Made by a program: the position numbers and the translations under genes
The notes under the pieces: model-generated
Databases searched by the model: none
What the model was told of the DNA's origin: nothing
Seen by the model: only the letters and a program-made list of their open reading frames with translations
From: Eledone cirrhosa
Taxonomy: Eukaryota
NCBI GenBank assembly: GCA_964016885.1
Contig: OZ024740.1
Coordinates: forward strand, 134,416,001-134,480,000
DNA length: 64,000 nt
Reading direction: 5' to 3'
In this document: piece after piece, positions 28,136 to 40,800 of the stretch
How positions within the stretch are numbered: the first letter of the stretch is position 1
Layout: every line of letters begins with the position of its first letter

Positions 28136-29470
28136 AGTTGCATTTATCTTGCTTTATGTTCATACGAGTTATCACCAAGTCACAACCAGTGACCTCAAGA
28201 GACATCTTCAAGAAAGAACATACATACACACACATGCATCTTTCGGTGTTTAGACTTGTGATGTACTTATATTGACAGAATCTTCCTTAGTATATGGGCA
28301 GTTCCCATTAGTACTATCTTTTGTATTTCTCCTATACGCGGGTTTCCTGGGATTTGCAATAAGTAATCATTAGACCCCTAAGGTATCATTCCTAGAGCGC
28401 CTACAACCACTGGTATTGTTTTAGTTCTCAATTTCCACATTTTTCCAATTTCTATCTCCAGGTCCTTATACTTGCTCAATTTTTCAAATGTTTTTATAGA
28501 TACATTCTTGTCTATTGGAACTGACATATCAATTAGCAGGCATACCCTCTTTTTAAAGTCCTTCAGTATTATATCAGGTCTATTTGCATATATTTGTCGG
28601 TCTGTTTGGATGCTAAAGTTCCACAAGATTGAGATGTGATCTTTTTTAAGTATGGGAGGTGGTTGATGCTCCCACCAATTCTTTTGATGGGGCAGGTCAA
28701 AATGCTTACACATTATCCAATGTATGTATTGTGCAGCTCTGTCATGCCTGTTTAGGTATTCGGTTGGAGCTATAGGACTGCACATTGAAATTATATGATC
28801 AATGGTCTCTGGTTGTTTTTGACATACACGGCATAATGGGTTGCATCCATTTTTTATTATGTTGGCTTGGTAATTTTTTGTTGGCAGACACTGATCTTGT
28901 GCTGATATAATCAGTCCTTCGGTCTCCGATTTCAGTCCAGAGGATGCCAACCACTGATGGGTTAAAGTTTTGTCAACATCAGGATTGTTAGCTCTTTCTG
29001 TGTATTTTCCAAACAGAGGCTTTTCTTGCCATTTCTTGGCCAGTTTCTGTAGCAGTTCTTTCTTTGCAGTTACTTTTACCTGCTTTGCTTTTTCTGTGTT
29101 TTCCATTTCAGCAGTAAATGGGACTTCTGAAATTTGTAGTCCATTACTGTTTCTTTGTGCATCTTTTGTAATGGAATATGATCTTTTGATGCTTTCGTGT
29201 TTCAAAACGAGTTTGATCATCCAATCATGTGATTCCCTTAGATATGTAGATAATCCAATAGTTGCAGTTTTCAACGCAATGTCTAACTGGATTAACCCAC
29301 GTCCTCCTTCTTTCCTAGGGAGATATATTCTATCTATATCTGCCTTAGGGTAGTGATTCTGTGCATGGTTAAGAATTTTCTAATTTTTGTATCGAGCCTA
29401 CGGATCTCTGTGCTTGACCAGTTGATGACATTGTAACTGTGAGTTACTACTGGTATGGCAAGCGTGTTTA
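28136..29470 (-). mobile_element. 5'-truncated Dong/R4 element (CCHC plus RLE)
   Basis: ORF 28378-29274: ETEGLIISAQDQ, CRVC..ETIDHIISMC, YLNRHD, ANRPDIILKD..LIDMSVP, KLSKYKDL, PVVVGALG; (AAT)n on both sides. Confidence 0.92.
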
Positions 29471-29522
<52 letters not shown>

Positions 29523-32500
29523 GGTCTAAGCGGACGTATTTTGCTCGCTCCCAGTAAGTCGCTTTATTTGCCTGTTAAAATTATTTGTTGTTAAATATTT
29601 CTTGTTGTGTAAGGGATATAAGCCCTTAGACTTTGCCCTGTGAAGGGGAAAGTATAATATTTGGGCCTTTTGGCCCAAATATTTGAATTTTTTTTACATG
29701 TTAAAACATTTACGGAGAAAAAAAAACATGGCTGAGCCATGCCCCCCAGCGATATGTCTGCTGTTGTGCGACAACGACGTGGAAGTTGAGAGGAGCGCTA
29801 CAGCGAAATTAACACACATTCATAACACAAACACCACCACAAACAATGTAAACAAAAACACCAATGATACCAATGGGAACTCTAATTTTGAAAAAATTGA
29901 CAGTAACAGCGACAACGTAAATACAGATAACAAAAAAAAATAACAAATACAACAACAATATCAACACCACTAACATGAAAACAAATAGCGACAACACCAA
30001 CAGCAACAATACCAACTGCACCGAGAACAACGGCGGCAACAAAGACAACAATGATAACAGCGACAGTGCTAACAACAACACCAACAAGAACAACGACAAC
30101 GTCCACAACACCCCCAACGAAAACAAGAAGAACACTTTCGCTGCGGCAGCAGCAAAAAAGAGGCCATGCTTCAACATGGACCTCTCAAACAAAGATGAAA
30201 AGTTGGCCCAGGCATGGAAGCTCATCAAGCAAGAGCAAACCTGGGCTAACTTAACTGTCCCGGTAGAAGCTATTGAGGCAGTGGAGCGCAGAACGGTGCA
30301 TTATAGATGCATCTCAGCACAAACCAAAAGGGCAGCTTTAATCCCACAAGAAGATATCGAAGTCGCGCTGAGGTGCATCAGAGAAGGCACCGAATACATA
30401 GAGAGGGTCAGACAGTACGGCACCATTTCGGTGTTGTTCAAGTCAGAAGCCCTCGCTATGAAACACGCTATGACTCCTTGCAAAACCTGCAAGGTCATAA
30501 TGTACCCCCTCCCACATGGGAAAAAGAGCGACCCGTCTCCGCATTCCCTGAATCCCACCAGGACTTGACATGTGGTGTCTTCTGGGATGTGTGATTGTGG
30601 AGGGGACGGATACCGTCCCTATAGAAGTGACCAGAACGGCCAGAGAGGACTGGTCCGGGGTTGACCTGGAGATCCTTCTCCAGATCAGGCCCGAGAATGT
30701 GAAGACAATCCCAGACCACATCCGCCTTCAGAATGGGACGGTCATTCACATTATGACCGAAGGCAAAACGCCGCAGTGTTTTGTTTGTGGGGGGAAAAAC
30801 CCATTTGCGAGCCTTCTTCCCTCAACTGCTGAAAGAGGCAAGGGGTCGAAAAACTCCACTGCTGCCGACGCCGGGGCGAGGACCACAACCAACACCAGCA
30901 CCGGCAAAACCACCAACAACAACACCAATAGAAAGACCACCACCAACATTGACCACCCAGGTGGGAAACGAGGAAAGCTGTCAAATTCCCCCTTCCCCCA
31001 AAAATACACACACCAATAAAACCATAAACATACATACAGACACACTTACAGACACAGACCCCTCACCTACCAGTAGTGAAGATGAGGGAAAACCAAAATC
31101 ACCCAAAATACAAAAAAGGAAACACAAAAAGGAAAAAAAAACTCAACAGAGCACAAAATCGCCCACAATAAAAAAACGCAGACACCACCCACGCAAACAT
31201 CTCTCCAATAACACCAACATCAACACCACCATCACCATCACCAGAATCCCCCAAACGCAAACAACCTAAACAGACGCAAGAACAAATATACACACAAACA
31301 TCTGAAACCACAGACACCGTACTCACAACAAACACAGATACAACCGAAACAATACCACCAAAACCATCACCACCACAGCCACGCAAACAAATAAAATCAC
31401 ACCAACAAAACATACAAAACTTCGTGCTCGTCAGGAGGGCCAACGAGGAACTGATGGCCCTCGTAGCACGAAGTGAAAATATGCAAAAAGAGGGGGAAAT
31501 ATTTAAATCGAGCACATTTCGCGTCCCGGAAGATTTGGTTCTGGTGCGAATGTCGCTCGATATATTCAAAGAAATACGAGACAGCTTTCTCGGGACGTGG
31601 GAACCCCGAACGTAAAACCCACTTCAAAACTTTTAAAGGGGTTCCCAAAAGAAACCCCACCAACTATGGAGATCGAACAACCCGACCTTCACAAGAGCCC
31701 TGAAAGTAAGTAAACCTTCCTCTCTCTCTTTTTAACCTGCCAACATGGCCGTATTAAGAGTACGATGTTTAAATGTTCGAGGTCTGGGATCGTCCTGGAA
31801 GCAGGGTCACCTGCTCAACGACCTCAGGTCTATAGAAATGGATGTAATTGCCGTCAGCGAGACCAGGATTTCCGACACACGCGCACTAGCCCCCATTTTC
31901 GACGACTATCAGATCTTTGTATCTGTTAGCCGGTCGGGAATGGGAGGCGGGGTGGCTGTGCTGTTTAGGAAAGGCCTGGATCTCGAGGTAAGGTCGATCT
32001 TCCGGGACCCGGACGGGAAGTTGGTGGTCCTGGACGTGAACAATAACGAAGGTGGTGCCTTTAGACTGGTGGCCGTCTATGCTCCTACTGGGGCAGGACG
32101 GCCGGACTTCTTTAGACGCCTGGAAGCCTTTCTGGGTACGTCTCGCCCTTTACTGTTAGCGGGGGACTGGAACGGCATCTTAGACGCACGCTAAAACTGT
32201 GTGGGAATATCCGATAGGATCGTGGGGTGCAAAAGCCTCAAGAATCTGATCAGCCAGTTCTATCTGTCTGACAGGTACCGACTAGATTTCCCTAATGCGC
32301 CAATGTGGACCTGGGCTAACCGCATAGGGTCATCTAGATCTTATATAGACAGGATATTCATTAGAAAAATAGACAGAAATAGTGTAAGCTGTCCACGTTT
32401 TGAAACGGTCGCCTATTCAGATCACAAGTTTGTGATCTGTATGGTCGACCTAGATAAGACGCGTAGGTTAGGACCTGGTTACTGAAAGCTGAACATGTCA

Positions 32501-35468
32501 TTTCCGGCACGTAAGGCTTACAAGGACCAGGTCAACAATTTAGTTAAGAAAAAGTTGATAGGGGGAGTCGTCAACAATAGATGGTGGGGGGCTCTCAAAA
32601 GAGAGATTAGAGTAATGTCGATAGAGTTTAGCAGAGAAGTAGCGTTAGAGAAAAATAGAAAGGAGGGGGAGTTGGTAGATAAGTTAGACGAAGCTATTGG
32701 TAGTGGCATTGCAACTGACGTGCTAGTGGCGAGAATGGCATTAGACCATTTCTTCAATGCGAAACACGAAGGTTGCATTGTCAGAGCTAAGGCGCGTGCT
32801 CTGAGAAACGAGGGAACCAAAGCTTTTCGATGGGCCCGCGTGGCAGAGGCGCAGCGTGGTAATAAAACCACGATTCGGTCTTTGACGGACCGAGACGGGC
32901 ACGAGCTGAGTGATTCCAAGAGGATGTGTGAGGCCTTTCGCCAACATTTTGCTCGGTTGTTCGGGGGAAGTGGCGGGTCAGAGATGGTGGCGGACTTCAG
33001 TCCCTACCTCGATGGCTTGCCGCAACTCTCGACGGCTGACGCTGGGCGCTGCGAAAGGCCAATTACTTCAGCCGAGATTCAGGATGCCCTTGTCGGCTGC
33101 ATGAGGCGCAAGTCACCCGGTTTGGATGGTCTACTCTACGAGCTTTACGTAACTATGCCAGACTTGTTCTCCAATCTCCTCGAAGCCCTCTACAGAAACT
33201 GGCAGCAAAACGGGAGTATTCCCAGTTCTGTGAGCCGGGGCGTAGTGACGCTGATAAGGAAAGACGAGAACAAAAGGGACATATTAGACAATTTCAGGCC
33301 CATAACTCTGCTCAACACAGAGTTTAAGATTTTGGCCAGGGTGTTAGCGAAGAGGTTGGCGCTTGTCGTCGGGGATTTGGTTGGGGAGGCGCGAACTTGC
33401 GCAATCCCAACCAGGTCCATACACGACAACCTCCACCTAATGCGATACATCATAGAGAGAGTAGGGTGTAAACCTGGCTTCTGTGGCGCTCTGATCAATT
33501 TAGATGAATCGAAAGCATTCGATGGGGTCGACCATCGGTACCTGGAGGCTGTCCTCAAGGTGGCTGGCTTCGGCCCCGTCTTCAGAAGCTGGATCGCTGC
33601 AATGCACAGCGGCACCTGCTCGATGGTCAAAATTAATGGCCACCTCTCGGAACCGTTTCAGGTCTCCCGATAGGTCCGTCAAGGGTGCCCTCTCTCCTCC
33701 CTTCTGTACGTATTGACACTCGAGCCTTTACTGCGGAAGCTGGAGCTGTTGCAGGGCATCCCCCTCGAACCGGGACGCGGAAAGGAAGTGTCTGTCAGCT
33801 TATGCGGACGACATCACCGTGATGGTGTCGGACACCTCTGAAATCGAGGTGGTCGGCAACTTATTGGAGGAATATGAAAGGTTGACGGGAGCAAAACTTA
33901 ACCCGTAAAAGTCAGTGGGCTTGCAACTCGGCACCTGGAGAGGCAAGTCCATGCCGTCCAAAAGCGTCGTTAGGCGCTGGACGGACGGACCGGTAAAGTT
34001 GCTAGGGGTTTGGTTCGGGCCAGACCTCCAGGTGGATAAGAATTGGGACGAGGTGACGTGCAGGGTAGTCAGTCTCACCCAGAAATGGGCTGGGATGAAG
34101 CTATCACTGAAAGGTCGTGCGGAGGTGGCGAACGCGTACATCGCGTCCGTCATCTACTACCGTCTGACTGTCGTCCGTTGCCCCCGTTCGCGCCTCGCCA
34201 TCTTGGAGCGGCTCCTCTTCAAATTCTTGTGGAGGGGTCAGGTTCTGCTGGTGAGGTGGTCCATATGCTGCCAGCACCCTCTACGTGGAGGGCTGGGCAT
34301 GCCGTGGCTAATGATGCGCAGGCACACGCTGAGGCTGCGGCATCTCCAGATATTGTGCCTAAACGGTGAACAGGTATGGTCGCCGTTTGTCAGACGGGAC
34401 TTTCCGCAGCTCGTTTCTTTGACTGAGCTGCAGTCCTAGGTCAAGAAGAGACCGAGACTGGGTGACAGGCATCTGGAATGTTGCCAGGCACTCACTGCCC
34501 TCTACCAGGCGGGCAATGCGGTCAGTGGAACTTCCACTCTCGAATTCTATAGAGGATTAGTGGTGGGCAAGTGCGACGACGCACTCGGAGGGGTTCTGGG
34601 AGTCAACGAAGTCGAACTAACCAGTCTGTACCGGAGGACTCTCGAGCCGGGGACGATGGATAATGTCCAAAAATCCCTCGTTTGGCACTGCCGGGGGCAC
34701 TGCCGGTTCGAGATAAACTCTACAGGCACGGAAGTGCTGTCAGACGGACCTGCCCGAGATGCGCGCAGAGCGATGAAACCGTTCTGCACGCACTCGTCCA
34801 GTGTCCGTGCATTACTGACTTGTGGATTTATGTTGAACAGCTGTTGTCGCGTGTAGAACGGATCCGGCTATCGGCCGAGTCCATAGTGAAGATCGACCCG
34901 CCGCCTTCTTTTGGCCAGGAAGGGCTGGCAATTTTCCTCTGTTTGGTGGCAGTAGCGAAAGAGGTTGTATGGTGGACGAGGTTGAAAGGACTGAAGACAG
35001 ACACTTTTCTCTTCGGCCAATCCCTCATCAACTCTTTCAAGTTTCACTTGGAAAGGAAGGTGAGGGTGGAGAGAGAAGTGCTCCCCCCCCCAGTACATTT
35101 TCTGAAAGGTGGGTGAATGTGGCGAGAATGGCCCGTGTGAGTGGGCCTACAAGGTCATGCGGCTGTAGGTAGGTAAATTTGAGGAGGAGAGGGGGTGCCC
35201 TTCCAGGGTGCTCTCAAAGCGTCGGGTCGTTCAGGATTGGTGGGGTACCTGAGCGAACCCTGGGTGATCATCCCCCCTATTGGGGAATTTTTTTCTCGTT
35301 GCAATTTTATTGTTACTTTATTGTTACGTTGTTATTGTTACTTTGTTATTGTTATTCATATTGTTTACACGATTTTTCTGTAAAACCTCACTGTCCCAGT
35401 CTTTTGTATTGTCCCCTATATGTCGGCCCTTATGGCCAATAAATGAAATCATTATTATTATTATTATT
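29523..35468 (+). mobile_element. Full-length but disrupted Tx1-clade LINE, family B relative
   Basis: ORF1 pieces (29728-31713) and ORF2 pieces (31745-35170) colinear with 47792-53151, with several stops and frameshifts; (ATT)n at both ends. Confidence 0.93.
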
Positions 35469-35681
35469 GAATGCCATGGTTGACGGAGGCTCGGCTCTGT
35501 AAGGTATAGTAATTTTTAACCGTTAAAACAATTGTAAATTGTTTAAAACTTGAACCAAATTGTTGATAAAGACACCCTCCTCCTCGTGAGAGGGGTCTTT
35601 CTGTCCGTTATTTGGCCCTTCGGGGTTAAATAACCAGTTATTGGGGTTTTGTACCCAAAATTTCATTTTAAACAAAAAAAC

Positions 35682-37778
35682 ATGGCTACCAAAAAGAAAT
35701 TTCATACGTCACTCCCACTCATTCCGTCTTCTTCTTCCTCAATCATCACTACAGCAGAGAGAAGATTGTCTCTCTCCCTCCCTTCTTTAAATGTGTCTCT
35801 CTCCCTCCCTTCTCTTTCGCAAGTGACGAAAGAAAAGAAAAGTCTCGTGCAAAGCGTGCAAGGTTTCTCCACGACGACGACGACAGCGACGAAACAGGTG
35901 TGCGGGAAATACGAAAACCCAGTTCATTCGTCTGACGTCAGGAATAATAGCAGTAGCAGCCGTAATAACAACAGCAACAGTGACAATGAAAACAACAGTA
36001 GCAGCCGCAACAGCATCACCAGCAGCATAAACAACAACAGCATTAGCAGCAGCAACACCAACAACAACCACAGCAACAGCGGCGGAGGCAGTAGTCGTAG
36101 TACCTGCAGCAACAACAAAAGTACCAGCAGCTCTGACGACAACAACAACAGCAGAGAAAAACCAATCTCATTTGCAGGTATTGCGAAAAATTTGGAAACA
36201 ATCCTCATAACAAATGAGGAATTAGAGGAAGCGAAGAAGATGGTGACAAAGAACGGACACCGAGCAATCTGCAAGGCAGCGAAAAATTTTTTCGAAACCC
36301 AAGAGCACTGTACGGTCACGTACCGTACAGTAAGTACAAAATCCCGTAGGGTGGAAAGAGCCACAGAGGCCCAAATACAAAAAGCCTTGGGGTCTGTGTG
36401 GCAGCGGAAAACGCACATCACCCGAGGCAAAAAATATGCCACCGTAGACGTACTTTTTGCCACACCCCAGGAGGCAAAGGCCCAATCAGTAGTGACCCTA
36501 AGGAGCGAGGAAATGGTGTTGGTGCCCTCCTACTGTGGGCAAAAAATTGTGAGGGTCAAACTGACCCACGTCCCCCCCGGAATGACCCCTTCTTGGCTGG
36601 CCGCGTCTGTCCTCGTCGGAATCGAGGACAAAACAACTGTACTGCAAGTACAGAAAAAAGTAAGAGAAGATTGGGTCGGCTCCTCCATTGAGATGCTAAT
36701 CCAAACCAACCAGGAGTGCATCGAAGCTATCCCGGATGTGATAGACTTCGATAACGGCACTCAACTGCCCATAAGTGTAGAGGGCAAACGCCCGAAATGC
36801 TTTCGCTGTGGATCGAAGACTCACCTCAGGGCCTTCTGCAACGAGAAGACCCTGAGAAAGGAGAAAACCCCCCTCCTTCCGAATCCGGCTCCACGGCTAC
36901 CAGCAACAGGACAAGCGGCAACCAGGAACGATAGGTCCGTGGCACCCATACCCACGCCACGGAAATCAAAACCAGCAGCAGCAGTGGAAATATTAACAAC
37001 AACAACAGCAATACCAAATGCAGCTGCAACAGAGACTCCAGTGCAAACATCACCAACAACAACAAGTGAAAGAGTGGAGCTGGTACCCCTCCCCGACCTC
37101 ACAGAATCAGACATGGAGTGTGAGGTGGGAGAGGGATGGCAAAAGGTCGCAAGAAGGCACAAACGCAGAAGCAGCGCATCGTCACCTTTGAAAGGGGAGG
37201 AAAGAAATGAGAAAAGGGTAAAGTCTACTGCAAAGAGACCCACAGCAGCAACAACACCAACACCATCACCACCCACACTAGCACCACCATCACCACCGGC
37301 GACAACCCCACCGCCAACAACACCTTCAACACCACCACCACAAGCACCAACATCGCAAACACAACAACAAAGCACACACACCCAGCAACAACGACAAGAA
37401 AATAGCAGAACCACAACCCACCCCCAGAAAAACAAATGCACGGCAATAAATACACACAACAAGAAACTAATGACTTACATAATTGAACACACAGACATTT
37501 CACAACAGGACTACATAATACCAGCACCAATCAAAACGCCAACTAACATAAGACTGCTAAAAATAGCACAGAAACAATACACAAACATTAAAACGAAATT
37601 CCCCAACGCAGTTGGTGATTTCAGGGACCTAGGAGGAACCATCAATCGAAGAGTATACTCAGACATTCTCTTAGAAGAGCCGACGACCAGCCGAAGGGAC
37701 GATTCAACGGTCCCTTCACCAGACGATCAAGTGAAAAGGGATGTAAAAACCATCCCTCCTCTACCAAAAGTACGGTAA
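35682..37778 (+). CDS. Tx1 ORF1p (Asn/Ser-rich N-terminus, probable RRM-like core, CCHC knuckle, Pro/Thr-rich region)
   Basis: AAAC-ATG-G start; CFRCGSKTHLRAFC = CX2CX4HX4C. Confidence 0.88.
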   Translation: MATKKKFHTSLPLIPSSSSSIITTAERRLSLSLPSLNVSLSLPSLSQVTKEKKSLVQSVQGFSTTTTTATKQVCGKYENPVHSSDVRNNSSSSRNNNSNSDNENNSSSRNSITSSINNNSISSSNTNNNHSNSGGGSSRSTCSNNKSTSSSDDNNNSREKPISFAGIAKNLETILITNEELEEAKKMVTKNGHRAICKAAKNFFETQEHCTVTYRTVSTKSRRVERATEAQIQKALGSVWQRKTHITRGKKYATVDVLFATPQEAKAQSVVTLRSEEMVLVPSYCGQKIVRVKLTHVPPGMTPSWLAASVLVGIEDKTTVLQVQKKVREDWVGSSIEMLIQTNQECIEAIPDVIDFDNGTQLPISVEGKRPKCFRCGSKTHLRAFCNEKTLRKEKTPLLPNPAPRLPATGQAATRNDRSVAPIPTPRKSKPAAAVEILTTTTAIPNAAATETPVQTSPTTTSERVELVPLPDLTESDMECEVGEGWQKVARRHKRRSSASSPLKGEERNEKRVKSTAKRPTAATTPTPSPPTLAPPSPPATTPPPTTPSTPPPQAPTSQTQQQSTHTQQQRQENSRTTTHPQKNKCTAINTHNKKLMTYIIEHTDISQQDYIIPAPIKTPTNIRLLKIAQKQYTNIKTKFPNAVGDFRDLGGTINRRVYSDILLEEPTTSRRDDSTVPSPDDQVKRDVKTIPPLPKVR

Positions 37779-37813
37779 GTGGTCTTTCCCATCTTTTCCA
37801 CTCTATTTTAAAC

Positions 37814-40800
37814 ATGACCTCACTCAGAATAGGCAGCATAAATGCGCGTGGCTTGGGGTCGTCATGGAAGCAGGGTCACCTGCTCAACGACCTCAGGTCA
37901 CTAAACATAGATGTAGTGGCCATCAGCGAGACCAGAATCTCCGAAGCACGGGCCTTCGTACCGATCTTCGGCGGCTACGATGTGTACGCATCTCCCAGCC
38001 GTCCTGGATCGGGTGGAGGAGTTGCTGTGCTTTTTCGGAGAGGTTTGGATCTCGCCATACGGGCCATCTTCCTGGACCCAGAGGGTAAGCTGGTGGTGCT
38101 GGACGTGACCAGCGGAGACGGGCAAGCTTTCAGGCTAGTGGCCGTCTATGCCCCGACAGGAGCAGGGCGGCCTGATTTCTTCCGGCGTCTGGAGACCTTT
38201 CTTGGAACGTCCCGCTCTTTAGTGTTAGTGGGCGACTGGAACGGGATCTTAGATGCACGCTGGGACTGTGTGGGATTAGCGGATAGGGGTGGAGGGTGCA
38301 AGAGCCTCACCAACCTGCTCAGGCGTTTTGAACTGTCTGACAGGTACCGATTGGATTTCCCGAATGTGCCAATGTGGACTTGGACAAACCGCATAGGGTC
38401 ATCCAGATCATATCTAGATAGAGTATTTTGTAGGGAAATAGATAGGTCTAGCATAGGCTGTCCACAATTCAAGATAGTCAGCTACACGGACCACAAATTC
38501 GTGATCTGTGTGCTTGACTTAGATAGGCTTCATAGACGAGGACCCGGCTACTGGAAGCTAAACGCGTCCTTACCAGCGCGCAAGGCCTACAGAGACCGGA
38601 TTAGCGAACTAGTTAAGCGGGCGTTGACGGGGGCCATCGTCAACAACAAGTGGTGGTTTGCTCTGAAAAGAGCGATTAGAATAGAATCGATTAGGTTTAG
38701 TAAGGCTTTAGCAATAGAGAAAAATAGAGCAGAGGGAGAACTAGTTAGAAAATTAGACGAGGCGCTTAGCAAAGGCATTGCGACCGACGTGCTTGCGGCG
38801 AAATTGGCCCTTGACCAATTCTTCAATGCAAAGCACGAAGGCTGCGTTGTCAGAGCTAGAGTGCGTGCTCTCAGACACGAGGGGACGAAAGCCGTTCAAT
38901 GGGCCCGAGTGGCGGAGGCGCGTCGTGGCAACAAAGCCACGATCCGGTCTTTGGTGGACCACGACGGGCGCATGCTACTCGATCCCGGGCAAATGTGTGA
39001 AGCTTTTCAGCGACACTTCGCTCAGCTGTTCGGGGGCAGCGGGGGGCCGGCTAGAGGGATGGACTTTAGTGTCTACCTCGACGGACTGCCGCGGCTCTCG
39101 GCCACTGAGGCGAGGTGTTGCGAAAAGCCGATAACAGCCGCTGAAGTACGGGAGGCAATGACTGGCTGCACAAGGGGTAAATCGCCTGGTTTGGATGGTC
39201 TGCCCTATGAACTTTACGTACAGATGCCAGACTTGTTCGGAGGCCTCTTGGCGGACGTCTACTGCAACTGGCAACAGAACGGGAGAATTCCCAGTTCTGT
39301 GAGCCGAGGTGCGGTGGCACTGCTGAGAAAGGATCCGAACAAGGGGGATAACATAGACAATTTCCGGCCCATAACTCTGCTAAACACAGAGTTTAAGATT
39401 TTGGCCAAGGTGCTAGCAAAGAGGTTGGCGCTTGTCGTTGGTGGTCTGGTGGGAGAGGCGCAGACATGCGCCATTCCCGACAGATCCATCCACGACAACC
39501 TCCACCTCATGCGATACATCGTAGAGAGGGTGGCTAGGGAACCTGGCACGGGTGGGTCCTTGATCAATTTAGATCAGTCGAAAGCTTTCGATAGGGTCGA
39601 CCATCGTTACCTAGCGGCAGTCCTGAGGGCGGCTGGCTTTGGGCCCGTCTTCAGAGGCTGGATCGCTGCCATGCACAGCGACATCTGCTCTGTGGTGAGA
39701 GTGAACGGTCACCTGTCGGAACCGTTCAACATCATGCGCTCGGTCCGCCAAGGATGTCCCCTCTCGTCCCTCTTGTACGTATTGACTCTCGAGCCATTAC
39801 TGCACAAACTGGAGACGTTGAGGGGAGTCCCGCGCGAACTAGGATGCGGAAGATCCGTGTCAGCATATGCGGACGATGTCACCGTAGTGGTGTCGAACGC
39901 CAAACACATCGAGGCGATCGGCACTACACTAAGAGAATACGAAGCGGTGACAGGAGCAATGATCAACCAGGAAAAGTCAGTGGGCCTGCAGCTCGGCACC
40001 TGGAGAGGCAGGTCCATGCCGTCCAACAGCGTCGTCGGGCGCTGGACGGACGGACCGGTTAAATTGCTAGGGGTCTGGTTCGGTCCGGACCTCCAGACGG
40101 ACAAAAACTGGGACGAGGTGACGAGCAGGGTGGCTTCTCTCACCCAGAAATGGGCGGAGAGGAAGCTATCCCTGAAAGGTCGAGCGGAGGTGGCTAACGC
40201 GTACATCGCGTCTGTCATCTGCTACCGCCTAACCGTCGTACCTTGTCCTAAGCCTCGCCTGACTGCGCTGGAGCGTTTGCTCTTTCGCTTTTTGTGGAAG
40301 GGACGTGCTCCGATGGTCAGGCGGTCCATCTGTTGTCAACACCCGCTACGTGGAGGGCTGGGCATGCCGTGGCTGATGATGCGCAGGCACGCGCTCAGGC
40401 TACGACATCTCCACCTCTTCCTCGACGGTGATCAGGTGTGGTCGCCGTTTGCTAGACGCGTTTTTCCCCAGCTCGTTTCCTTGACGGAGCTGCAGTCCTG
40501 GGTCAAGCGAAGACCGAGAGGGAGCGCCTGGAGACTGGAATGTCTTCAGGCGCTCACAGCCCTCGACCAATCGGGCAATGTGATCGGTGGAAACTCCACC
40601 TCGGCGTTCTATAGAGGATTAGTGGAGGGGAAGAGCGACGACGTACTTGGGGAAACTCTAGGCGTCGACGAAAATCAACTAGCCAATCTCTTCGGAAGAA
40701 CTTTCGGGCCAGGGCCTATGGACAACTTCCAGAAATCTCTGGCCTGGCAGTGCTACCGAGGAGCCTTGCCAGTTCGGGATAAACTCTACAGGCATGGAGG

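Noticed and set aside
35568-35600. TCCTCGT in the Tx1 5'UTR as an HDV ribozyme L3 loop
   Set aside because: It sits in a simple hairpin; no nested pseudoknot partners found.
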